Source: Dehalococcoidia bacterium (GTDB lineage: Bacteria > Chloroflexota > Dehalococcoidia > Bin125). Taken from it: DNA of 64,000 nt. A program made the position numbers and the translations under genes. Below, piece after piece: positions 8,931 to 18,502 of this stretch. The notes below the pieces were generated by a model. It ran no database searches and was not told the origin of the DNA. It saw only the letters and a program-made list of their open reading frames with translations. Location: assembly GCA_963662615.2 (NCBI GenBank), contig CAXXSR010000002.1:256001-320000 (forward strand), given 5' to 3'. Numbering within the stretch: the first letter of the stretch is position 1; every line of letters begins with the position of its first letter.

Positions 8931-9917
8931 TCAGACGGGCCGGCGGAGAAAGCCGGCATCGCGGGCCGCGTCGAGACAGCGGCCGACGTCGACGACCGGC
9001 GGCCCCGACCGTGCGACGGTGAGACTTGCGGCCTGACCGGGCCCGAGGCTGAACTCGCGTTCGCCGTCCAATGCCACCAACGCCGGTCCGGCCACCTGCA
9101 CGCTCGCACCCAGCGGCAGCTGCTGCGCCCGCGCCACGAGCAAGCCGGCAACGAGGCCCGGGGCGATGGGGGCCCGAACGAGATCCTCTCCCTGGCCGAG
9201 GACGAGGTGCAGACCGAAGTCGTCCTGAGGCCGGACCGACATGACCATGCCGCCGACGGCCGCCATACCCAGGACGTCCGGCTGGGCGCGCGTCAAGACG
9301 ACTTCGCGGATGTCGTCGAGTTCCCAAATGGCGCGACTGCCGACGAAGCGGCCATTCATCAAGACCGCGTCGATCAGGGCGACTTCGCGGCGTCCCCCGT
9401 CGACGACGACTTCGATCCATTTGCAGCGCTGCGCCACCGTCTCCGGATCCACCGCGCCGCAGGCGAGCGCGCCCGCCGCCAGCCCGGCGATGGTGCCCTC
9501 CATCATGATGGGGAAGACGTTGTTGGTGCCGGTGGAGATGGGCACAACGGGAACGTCGCTGGTTCCCATGGCGAGGGCGCGGTTGGTGCCGTCGCCGCCG
9601 AGGCAGACGATCACGCCGACGCCTTGGGCGGCCATGGCGGCGGCGGCCATGACGGTGTCGGCGGTGGTGGCGGTGTAGGCGCCGTCGACCGGGGCGATCT
9701 CGAGGTCGAGATCGAGGCAATCGACCGCCTGCTGGACGATTTGCGCGGAGTCCGGCATGAAGAGGACGCGCTCTACGCCGGTGGCCGCGAGTCCCAGAAC
9801 GACGCGGCGGACGATGCTGATCTTCTCTTGCGTGTCGAAGACGGAAGCGTGCGCGACGAGGCGGCGAATGTCCTTCCCGGAGGCGGGGTTGGCGATGATG
9901 CCGGCGGTGGCCGCCAT
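8931..9917 (-). CDS. acoX: AcoX-like ATP-NAD kinase family protein
   Basis: GIIANPASGKDIRRLVA, LGGDGTNR, ISTGTNNVFP, ALDGERE; lies between acoB and E2. Confidence 0.88.
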   Translation of the reverse strand: MAATAGIIANPASGKDIRRLVAHASVFDTQEKISIVRRVVLGLAATGVERVLFMPDSAQIVQQAVDCLDLDLEIAPVDGAYTATTADTVMAAAAMAAQGVGVIVCLGGDGTNRALAMGTSDVPVVPISTGTNNVFPIMMEGTIAGLAAGALACGAVDPETVAQRCKWIEVVVDGGRREVALIDAVLMNGRFVGSRAIWELDDIREVVLTRAQPDVLGMAAVGGMVMSVRPQDDFGLHLVLGQGEDLVRAPIAPGLVAGLLVARAQQLPLGASVQVAGPALVALDGEREFSLGPGQAASLTVARSGPPVVDVGRCLDAARDAGFLRRPV

Positions 9918-10062
9918 ACGGGCTCCGTCCGTGGCGCCGCGGCGCTCGCCCAGTTCAATCCCCAGAGGGGAGGGCGCGACCCTCGCGCACTGAAGCGAGG
10001 GCGTGCACGGCGCGCCCTCAGCGTAAAGCATGCGCGTGGCATACCGGATGGGCGGCGCCCAC

Positions 10063-11042
<980 letters not shown>

Positions 11043-11043
<1 letters not shown>

Positions 11044-12035
11044 TAGGCCCTCGTCTCGGTGTAGACACTCGTCTCGGTGTAGACATCGTCCAGGAGGGCG
11101 GCGGGGTCCGGCAGGGGGCTGTCTTCAGCGAACTGGATGGCCTCTTCAATGCGTGCGCGCGTGCGCTCGACGACGGCCTCCGCCTCGGCCTCGGTGAGCA
11201 CGCCTTCGCCGACCAACTTCTCGCGCAACTGCGGGATGGGATCGCGCGCGCGCCAGCTTGCGATCTCGTCTTTGTCTCGTTTGAGGACGCCGAAATCGCG
11301 GCCGACGTGGTCGTAGTAGCGGTAGGTCTTGCATTCGATCAGTGAGGGACCCTCGCCGCGGCGGGCCCGCTCCGCAGCGATGCTCACGGTTTCATAGACG
11401 GCTATTACATCCATGCCATCCACGGTCACGCCGGGCATGTTGTAGCTGCCCGCGCGCTCGGAGACGTCCTTAATCGGCAGGTGGTCGGCGACGGGCGTGA
11501 ACTCGCCGTACTGGTTGTTCTCGCAGACGAAGACCAACGGCACCTTGTAGAGCGCGGCCATGCTGGCCGCCTCATGGAAGCTCCCGCGATTGGCGGCGCC
11601 GTCGCCGAAGAAGCAGACGCAGACCTTGCCGTCGTTGCGGTACTTGGAGGCGAAGGCGGCGCCCAGCGCGATGGGCGGGCCGGCGCCGACGATCCCGTTG
11701 GCGCCGAGCATGCCGATGTCCAAGTCGGCGATGTGCATGGAGCCGCCCTTGCCCTTGCAGTAGCCCGTGGCCCTGCCGAACAGCTCCGCGTACATGCGGG
11801 CGGGGTCGCCGCCCTTGGCGATCAGGTGCCCGTGGCCGCGGTGCGTGGAGGTGATGTAGTCAGAGTCCTCCAGGGCAGAACAGACCCCCACGGCCACCGC
11901 CTCTTCGCCCACGTAGAGATGGACGGCCCCGGCGATGCGGTCTTGCTCCATGAGGATGCCGGCGCGCTCGTCGAACTCGCGGATGAGGACCATCCGCTCG
12001 TACATTTCGATCAGCTTTTCGTTGGGGATATCCAT
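11043..12035 (-). CDS. acoA: Acetoin/2-oxoacid dehydrogenase E1 alpha subunit
   Basis: HLYVGEEAVA, STHRGHGH, GKGGSMH, TPP-binding FFGDGAANRG...ENNQY. Confidence 0.85.
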
Positions 12036-12142
12036 GCGTGGCCCTCGGCGGCGCCAACGCCGCGCGCCCTCTAAGTCGGTGGTATGACGAGCGGCGGTCA
12101 GGATACGGGCGGCCGAACGAGAATGTCAATTTCGAGGGGCGC

Positions 12143-12667
12143 TCAACGGTCGATCGCGGCGCGGCGCGTCGCGCGCCAGGCGGCCAGAATCTCCGTGTCG
12201 AAGGGGAATGCCGGCGGCGGCAGCTCCGTTGTAGCGAAGAAGCGGACGTCGGTCGCCTCCGCGCCGGGGCTGAGCGCGCCGCCGACGGGATGGCCGTGAT
12301 AGGCGATGAAGACCACCGGATTACCGCTTTGGGAGAAGACACCCAGCAAGCCGTCCACGGCGACATCTAAGCCGGTCTCCTCGCGCACCTCACGGACGGC
12401 AGCCGCACGCAGCTCTTCGGCTCGATCGACGAAGCCGCTGGGGAAGGCCCAGGCGCCCATTTGGGGATCGTGGTTGCGTTGGGTGTAGAGCAGGCGTCCC
12501 TGCGCGTCTTCCACCAGCACGCCCACGGCGACTTTGGGATCGTTGAAGTGGACGAACTCGCAGCGCGGACAGGCGAGCCGTCTCGCGCCGTGGGCCTGGC
12601 GGGGTTCCAGCGGCGCCGAGCAGAGCGGGCAGAAGGTGGGCTCAACCAGCGGCAGGGGGCGCTCCAT
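12143..12667 (-). CDS. Zn-ribbon NUDIX hydrolase
   Basis: FCPLC...CPRC ribbon; SGFVDRAEELRAAAVREVREETG Nudix box. Confidence 0.9.
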   Translation of the reverse strand: MERPLPLVEPTFCPLCSAPLEPRQAHGARRLACPRCEFVHFNDPKVAVGVLVEDAQGRLLYTQRNHDPQMGAWAFPSGFVDRAEELRAAAVREVREETGLDVAVDGLLGVFSQSGNPVVFIAYHGHPVGGALSPGAEATDVRFFATTELPPPAFPFDTEILAAWRATRRAAIDR

Positions 12668-12684
12668 TGCGGCGCGGCGGCGCG

Positions 12685-13494
12685 CTAGCCGGGCAGCACG
12701 ACGTGCTCAAATCGCTCGTAGTAGCGGTCGTCGGGATCGCGCCAGCGCTTCTTGATCTGGGCGAAGAACGCCTCCCCCCTGTCGGCGAACTGCGAGACGT
12801 GCTGGGTCAGCGCAGCGATCTTGCGTTCGATGGTCTCGGTGACGTCGACGGCGAAGTTGGGGTCGTTGCTGCCGAAGAGATAGAGCTCCAGCACGTTGTG
12901 GGTCTGGAGGCCCTCGTCGTCGATCTGCTCGGAGAAGTTGAGGTAATCGCGGGCGGTGGGGTAGACGGCGTCCACGGCCATGATGCCGGTGGTGCGATGG
13001 TCGCGGTGGTTGATGAAGCCGAGGTGTTCGGGCTGCTCATCGTCGAGAGCGCGGAAGAGCCGGCGCAGGATGATGTCGGGCGTATGGGTGAAGACGGCGT
13101 CCGGTTGGAGGCGGCGGATCTCGCGAACGATCTGGCCCAGCGTCTGGCGGCTGTACTCAAGCTCGCCGTCCTCACCCGAGAGGAACGTGCAGGAGCGAAC
13201 GCCCAACGTGCGAGCCGCCGCGCGCTGCTCCTCTTGGCGCATGGGGACCAGGCGTTCGAGGGTCATGGTGCGGTCGCTGGAGCCTTTGGAGCCGTTGGTG
13301 ACGACGAGGTAGTGGAAGTCCCAATCCTGCTGGGACCAGAGGGCGGCGGTGCCGCCGACGCCAAAATCGGGATCGTCGGGGTGGGCGGCGATCACCAGGG
13401 CGACCTTGCGCTTGCCTCCCGCCGGCTGGCTCTGCTCGGAAATGGCGAACCCCCTCACGGCACGGTCGCTGCGGCCGCTTGGGCGAGCTGCCAC
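12685..13494 (-). CDS. PIG-L family deacetylase (start uncertain)
   Basis: AHPDDPDFG, TNGSKG, R.EEQRAAA, NHRDH motifs. Confidence 0.9.
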   Translation of the reverse strand: MAARPSGRSDRAVRGFAISEQSQPAGGKRKVALVIAAHPDDPDFGVGGTAALWSQQDWDFHYLVVTNGSKGSSDRTMTLERLVPMRQEEQRAAARTLGVRSCTFLSGEDGELEYSRQTLGQIVREIRRLQPDAVFTHTPDIILRRLFRALDDEQPEHLGFINHRDHRTTGIMAVDAVYPTARDYLNFSEQIDDEGLQTHNVLELYLFGSNDPNFAVDVTETIERKIAALTQHVSQFADRGEAFFAQIKKRWRDPDDRYYERFEHVVLPG

Positions 13495-13530
13495 GTGCGG
13501 TCAGGTCGATTGTAGTGAAGCGATGGACAA

Positions 13531-13595
13531 TGGCTGCGGACAGTGGCCGCGAACAGTGGCTGCGAACAGTGGCCGCGAACAGTGGGCGCGAACGG
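13531..13595. repeat. 13-bp tandem repeat (5 copies) upstream of lexA
   Basis: TGGCTGCGGACAG TGGCCGCGAACAG TGGCTGCGAACAG TGGCCGCGAACAG TGGGCGCGAACGG. Confidence 0.9.
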
Positions 13596-13622
13596 ACCCG
13601 CCTGGCGGTGGGCCGTCGACTG

Positions 13623-13652
13623 TTGACATAGACCGTCGTTATGCGTGATAGT
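13623..13652 (+). promoter_or_regulatory. Probable sigma70 promoter of lexA
   Basis: TTGACA (13623-13628), 18-bp spacer, GATAGT. Confidence 0.55.
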
Positions 13653-13665
13653 CGGGGTGTTTCCT

Positions 13666-13679
13666 AGAACACACGTTCC
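13666..13679. promoter_or_regulatory. LexA operator (Gram-positive-type SOS box GAAC-N4-GTTC)
   Basis: AGAAC-ACAC-GTTCC between the promoter and the lexA start. Confidence 0.8.
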
Positions 13680-13741
13680 ATGAATCGAGCGTGGGGACGA
13701 CAGGGAACATCAGGTGGGGGGCGAGCGAGGGGAGTGACGGG

Positions 13742-14392
13742 ATGAAGCGGCGCTCCGACAAACAGGACCGCATTCTACAGTTCCTGCGGGGGTTTCTCAG
13801 CGAGCACGACTACCCGCCCAGCATTCGCGACATCCAGGCCGGCTGTGGCATCTCTTCCACCTCCGTGGTGGATTACAACCTCAAGGCGCTGGAGGGGAAG
13901 GGGCTGATCCGTCGGGACCGCGAGATCTCGCGCGGCATCGTCCTGCTGGGGGAGGAGCGCCACAGCGACGAGGGCCGGACCGTCCGCATCCCCGTCCTGG
14001 GCGCCATTGCGGCGGGGCAACCGATGCCTCTGCCCACGGCGGAGGGAATGGACCCGGACCGGGCGGGGGAGAGCATCACCGTCACGGAGGAGATACTGGG
14101 CAGCCGGCGGGGAGGCGACCTGTTCGCCTTGCGGGTGCAGGGCACGTCGATGATCGACGCGCTGATCAACGACGGCGACATCGTCATCATGGAGCCGGCC
14201 GAATCGGTGGATGACGGCGAAACGGCCGCGATCTGGTTGAAGGACGCTAACGAGGTCACCCTGAAGAAGGTGTACCGCGAAGGCGCGAGGGTCCGGCTGC
14301 AGCCGATGAACGCCGCCATGCAGCCCATCTACACCGCCGCGGAGAACGTGGAGGTGCAGGGGCGCGTGGTTACGGCGATCCGGGCGATGTAG
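13742..14392 (+). CDS. lexA: SOS repressor LexA
   Basis: YPPSIRDI..STSVV HTH; IAAG cleavage site; V.GTSM serine; TLKK lysine. Confidence 0.96.
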   Translation: MKRRSDKQDRILQFLRGFLSEHDYPPSIRDIQAGCGISSTSVVDYNLKALEGKGLIRRDREISRGIVLLGEERHSDEGRTVRIPVLGAIAAGQPMPLPTAEGMDPDRAGESITVTEEILGSRRGGDLFALRVQGTSMIDALINDGDIVIMEPAESVDDGETAAIWLKDANEVTLKKVYREGARVRLQPMNAAMQPIYTAAENVEVQGRVVTAIRAM

Positions 14393-14398
14393 CTTTCC

Positions 14399-14463
14399 CG
14401 TCCCTGAGGAGCGCGTCCCTGAGGAGCCGGCGCAGCCCTGAGACGCTGCGTCCCTAAGGAGCC
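14399..14463. repeat. Short imperfect tandem repeat between convergent lexA and holA
   Basis: CGTCCCTGAGGAGC x2, a degenerate CAGCCCTGAGACGC, and CGTCCCTAAGGAGC. Confidence 0.75.
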
Positions 14464-14473
14464 GCCGCGCCCC

Positions 14474-15469
14474 TTAGCGTCGGGCGCGGGAGAGGTCCGC
14501 CACCAGGAGTTCCACCGCCACCTCTTCACGCAAGCCGCCCGGCCGATCATGGCGGTAGTTCTGGATAGCGACTTCGCACTGAAGGACTCGACGGAGGGCG
14601 GCGTCGGCAGCGGCCTGGGTGTAGCGACGGGCCTGATCGACAGCGCGGCCGGCGACGAACTGCCGCACTTTCAGTTGCTCCTGCACCTCCTCAGCGGAGC
14701 CGCCGCGGTCCAGCACCTCTCTGGCGACCGCGATCATCCGCATCTGGCGGGCGAGCATGGAGACGATGCGCTGCGACGTTTCCCCGGCTGAGCGGACGGC
14801 GTCGAGCGCCTGCATGGCGCGGGCGGGGCGCCCCTCCGCCACCGCGTCGACCAGTTGGAAGATGTTCGCCTCACGATTGACCGGCGACAGCGCCACGACC
14901 ACGGCTTCGTCCACGACGGCGTCGCCGGCGTAGATCTGCAGCTTCTCCAGCTCCCCGGAAAGCGCCCAGAGGTCATTCCCCACCTGCGCGACCAGCCGCT
15001 GCGCCGCAGCCGGGGCTAGCTGCAACCCTAAGGCCCGGGCTCTGTCGCGCACCCAGGGAACAAGGTCACGATGCCTGAGCGCGGGGAAGTCTCGGACCTC
15101 GCCCGCTTCAGCGATCGACACGCGGATGGGATTGGATGGGGGCACGGCATCGTCCTGGAAGATGAGGAGGGTGGCGGCGGGCACGGTCCGCAACAGGTCC
15201 GGCAGACGTTCCCACTCTCCCAGGCCGTCCCGGCGCCGGGCGGCCGGCGCTTCAAAGCGCTCGCAGAGTCCGTCCACACGCACCAGGCGGAAGTCGGCGA
15301 GGAATGGCACCGTCAGAGCGGCGGCCTCCAGTTCGCCCAGGGACAGGGTTGCGCCGTCCAGCACCACCGTGTTCGCCGCCAGGGATCCGTCGCGGTCGTG
15401 CAGGGCGCGGAGGGCGTCGTAGGCCTCGCGCCGAGTGAAGCTGTTAGCGCCGGTGAGGAGGACGATCAC
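14474..15469 (-). CDS. holA: DNA polymerase III delta subunit
   Basis: TVPFLADFRLV, VGNDLWALSGELEKL..Y, NIFQLVDAV, LARQMR motifs. Confidence 0.9.
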   Translation of the reverse strand: MIVLLTGANSFTRREAYDALRALHDRDGSLAANTVVLDGATLSLGELEAAALTVPFLADFRLVRVDGLCERFEAPAARRRDGLGEWERLPDLLRTVPAATLLIFQDDAVPPSNPIRVSIAEAGEVRDFPALRHRDLVPWVRDRARALGLQLAPAAAQRLVAQVGNDLWALSGELEKLQIYAGDAVVDEAVVVALSPVNREANIFQLVDAVAEGRPARAMQALDAVRSAGETSQRIVSMLARQMRMIAVAREVLDRGGSAEEVQEQLKVRQFVAGRAVDQARRYTQAAADAALRRVLQCEVAIQNYRHDRPGGLREEVAVELLVADLSRARR

Positions 15470-15470
15470 G

Positions 15471-16484
15471 TCACTGCCTGGGCCCGAATGGAGCGGCGGC
15501 TTCTCCCGGCGAGAGCGCCGGCGCGGGCAATCCCGTTACCGGCCGGGCCTGGAGGAGGAAAAGCTCGCCGTCCGCGAAGGCGAACTCAATGTCCTGGGGA
15601 CGGCCATCATATCGCTCCACCGCCGCCGCCAACTTGACGATCGCTTGGACGGCGGCATTGCTGAGGCACCGTTGCCCGGCGCGACCGGGCTCCACCGCTC
15701 GCTCCACCGTGCCGTGTCCCACGCGCCCGTCCAAGACGATCTCCACGGCCTTCTCCCCGACCTCGTACGCGGTCATCGTCCCATTGGTCTTGGCGGCAAT
15801 CACGTGATCCGGCGTGACCCTGCCGCGCACGACGGTCTCGCCCAAGCCCCAGGATGCGTTGATGACGACCTCGTCCGGGTTGCCCGTCGCGGGGTTGACG
15901 GAGAAGGCGACGCCGGCCACGGCGGCAGGGACCATGGGCATGACCACCACGGCCATCCAATCCGCCGTCTGGTCCAAGCCAGCGGCCGCACGATATTGCA
16001 GCGCGGGCGCCTCCCAGAGGGAGCGATAACAGCCCAGGACGGCATTGAGAACGCCGTCGCTCGTGCCCACATTGAGATAGCTGCGGTAGAGGCCGGCAAA
16101 GGAGGCCTGGACGCCGTCCTCGGAGGCGGCGGAAGAGCGAACGGCGACGAGCGGCATGCCGCGAAGCCGGTCGTGGAGCGACGTGTACGCCGCCAGGATT
16201 GCCCCGCGAAGGAGAGGCGGGAGCGTGGCGGCGTCGTGCTGAACGAGGAGCGGCGCCGCAGCGTGGGCCGCCGTGTCCGGCAGATGAACGTCGGAGCGGT
16301 CTCGCAGGGCATCGAGGAGCGGCGCGAGGCCGGCGGTTGCGGCGAACCGCCTGTAGCCGTTCACCGAGACGCAGAAACCCGCCGGCACGGGGAAAGCGGC
16401 GGCCCGCAGCGCCGCCAGAGTCGCGCCTTTCCCGCCGATCAGGGCCGGCGAGGCAGGTCCCGCGTCAAACCAATGAACGATCAC
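15471..16484 (-). CDS. Stand-alone PEP/pyruvate-binding (PEP-synthase N-terminal ATP-grasp) domain protein
   Basis: GGKGATL, VPAGF, VAVRSSA..ED...SFAG, ASWGLGE.VV.G, PQDIEFA, LLQARPVT; no phospho-His domain. Confidence 0.85.
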   Translation of the reverse strand: MIVHWFDAGPASPALIGGKGATLAALRAAAFPVPAGFCVSVNGYRRFAATAGLAPLLDALRDRSDVHLPDTAAHAAAPLLVQHDAATLPPLLRGAILAAYTSLHDRLRGMPLVAVRSSAASEDGVQASFAGLYRSYLNVGTSDGVLNAVLGCYRSLWEAPALQYRAAAGLDQTADWMAVVVMPMVPAAVAGVAFSVNPATGNPDEVVINASWGLGETVVRGRVTPDHVIAAKTNGTMTAYEVGEKAVEIVLDGRVGHGTVERAVEPGRAGQRCLSNAAVQAIVKLAAAVERYDGRPQDIEFAFADGELFLLQARPVTGLPAPALSPGEAAAPFGPRQ

Positions 16485-16586
16485 CCCGGCCCGCTTTATT
16501 GCCGACGGCAGCGCCCGCGACCGGCGGCAGGCGACAAGTTTACAGGGCCCTCGGATTCAGGCAGCATGCGCGTCTGGAGCGTCGAT

Positions 16587-17051
16587 ATGGCGCGCGTGCG
16601 GATCAGCGGCAAGCGTCGTCTCCCCTACCCCCAGGATATCGTTTGGGAGGCGCTGCTGGACCCCGGGCTGTTAGCGACCGCCATGCCCGGGTGCGAACGC
16701 TTGACGCCGACGGGCGAGCATCAATACGAGGCCGAAGTCACGATGGAACTGGCGGCAATGAAGGGGCGATATCGGGGCGCGGTGGAGATCAGCGAGATCG
16801 AGCCGCCGGACGGCTATCGCGTGACGGTTTCCGGCGGTGGGCAGCCGGGAGGGGGGAAGGCGCAAGGGAAGCTGCGTCTCGTTGCCCAGGATGGGGCGAC
16901 CGAGGTGACGTACGACGGTAGCGCCGACCTGTTCGGGCCCGCGGCGGCGGTGGGGCAGCGCTTCATGGCCGCGGCGGCGCGCAAGGTGATCGGCCAGTTC
17001 TTCGATCAGTTCGAGATCGAGCTGGAGCGGCGCGCGGCCCGCCCGCGGTGA
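16587..17051 (+). CDS. CoxG/SRPBCC family protein
   Basis: VWEALLDP..L...MPGCE, VGQRFM..AA.K.I.QFF. Confidence 0.85.
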   Translation: MARVRISGKRRLPYPQDIVWEALLDPGLLATAMPGCERLTPTGEHQYEAEVTMELAAMKGRYRGAVEISEIEPPDGYRVTVSGGGQPGGGKAQGKLRLVAQDGATEVTYDGSADLFGPAAAVGQRFMAAAARKVIGQFFDQFEIELERRAARPR

Positions 17052-17060
17052 GCCGCGTCG

Positions 17061-17771
17061 ATGCGGGACTGGCCAACGACAGCGGCGGCGCTGATGCGGC
17101 TGCAGGAGGCGCTGGGCCGGGCGCGGCCGGAAGCCTGGACGCCGTCAACGTCGGCGCCGGTTGTGGCGGGGTGCTTCGTCTGCTTTCCGCGCGGCCTCCG
17201 TGGCAACGGCGCGAGGGGCGACGAAGCCTGGGCGGCCGCGAACACGCTGGGAGCGGGGCGAGAGGCCACGACCGTGGTAGAGGGGCGCGCGGGCGCAGCC
17301 TACCAGGCCGGTCTGCTCGCTCTCCGCGAAGGCGACTTGTTGGAGCGAGCGGTTCGCGCCCTCCCGGTTGCACCTGACGTTCTACTGGTGAACGCGACGG
17401 GGCGGGATCACCCCCGTGGGGCTGGGCTGGCGCTCCATCTGGGAGCGAGGCTGGACTGTGCGACCGTGGGCGTGACACAGCGGCCGCTGCTGGCGCGGGG
17501 CGGCCCGCCCGCCGATGACCGCGGCGCTCTGGCCGCGCTGCGGCTGGATGACGACGTGGTGGGCTACTGGCTGCGCGCCCGCGGGGGGCAACGAGCGCTG
17601 GCCGTTCACGCCGCCTGGCGCACCAGCGCAGAGGTCGCCGCCGCCCTGGTGACGCGGGTGATCGAGGGGTCCCGCACGCCCGAGCCACTCCGTCGCGCCC
17701 GTGAGGCGGCGCGCATCGCGCGGGCGGAGGCCGGCGGAACAGCCGCCGTCCGCCCCCGGCAGGCGCCGTGA
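17061..17771 (+). CDS. Endonuclease V-like protein with substituted catalytic aspartates
   Basis: Y.AGLLALRE, HPRGAGLALHLG, TVGVT, RTPEPLR motifs. Confidence 0.8.
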   Translation: MRDWPTTAAALMRLQEALGRARPEAWTPSTSAPVVAGCFVCFPRGLRGNGARGDEAWAAANTLGAGREATTVVEGRAGAAYQAGLLALREGDLLERAVRALPVAPDVLLVNATGRDHPRGAGLALHLGARLDCATVGVTQRPLLARGGPPADDRGALAALRLDDDVVGYWLRARGGQRALAVHAAWRTSAEVAAALVTRVIEGSRTPEPLRRAREAARIARAEAGGTAAVRPRQAP

Positions 17772-17909
17772 GAGGCGAGCGTTGCGTGCGGCGGCGGCGG
17801 TGGAGCCGGCGCGGCTTGGAGACAAGAAGGAGGTGGTTGCGGGAGCGCCGTACAGGTGGGCGGCTCTGCTAGCATGGGCCGGCAATTCTAAGAAATGGGA
17901 CGATCACCG

Positions 17910-18395
17910 ATGAAAGAGATCACACCGGGACTCTTTGTTGGGGACGACAGCGAGTGCTTCGACGAGGAGCGGTCAGACTGGGCGGTGGTGCACGCCTGCA
18001 AGGAGCCGTGTCACAGTCGCGCGATCAGCGTGCAAGACGAGGCCGCAACCGGGGAGCAAAGCGCTCTGGTGATCGAACGCGGGTCGCACCTCTATCTGAA
18101 CATGCTGGACCCGGAGCGGCCGCGCATCTCGCCGCTGCTCTTCCAGACCGCAGTGCAGTTCCTCCGCACGCACGTCCCGGAGCGCAAGGTGCTGATTCAT
18201 TGCAACGCGGGCGACTCGCGGGCGCCGTCGATCGCGCTGGCCTACCTGGCCGGCGAGGGGAAGATCGCCAGCGACAGTTACGATTCGGCGGAGGAGGAAT
18301 TCCTGGAGCTGTATCCTGATTTCAGCCCCGGATCCGGCGTGTTCGCCTACTTCCAGAACGCCTGGTCCGATCTGGTGACGATCGGGCAGTCTTAG
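17910..18395 (+). CDS. Dual-specificity protein phosphatase family protein
   Basis: VLIHCNAGDSRAPS (HCxxGxSR) P-loop. Confidence 0.85.
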   Translation: MKEITPGLFVGDDSECFDEERSDWAVVHACKEPCHSRAISVQDEAATGEQSALVIERGSHLYLNMLDPERPRISPLLFQTAVQFLRTHVPERKVLIHCNAGDSRAPSIALAYLAGEGKIASDSYDSAEEEFLELYPDFSPGSGVFAYFQNAWSDLVTIGQS

Positions 18396-18502
18396 AAGGC
18401 GGGCGCCAGGCAGCAAGGCGCGGCGCCGTCTCCTCGCGGTAGGGGCGAGCGCACCAACCGTCTCCAGAGATCGCTGCAGCCCGAGTCAAGGGGGACGGCC
18501 GC

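Noticed and set aside
11051-11086. 18-bp duplication at the acoA 3' end (VYTET twice)
   Set aside because: Simple in-frame slippage at a variable C-terminus
13531-13595. Tandem repeats as a CRISPR array
   Set aside because: Units are 13 bp with no spacers, and there are no cas genes in the window
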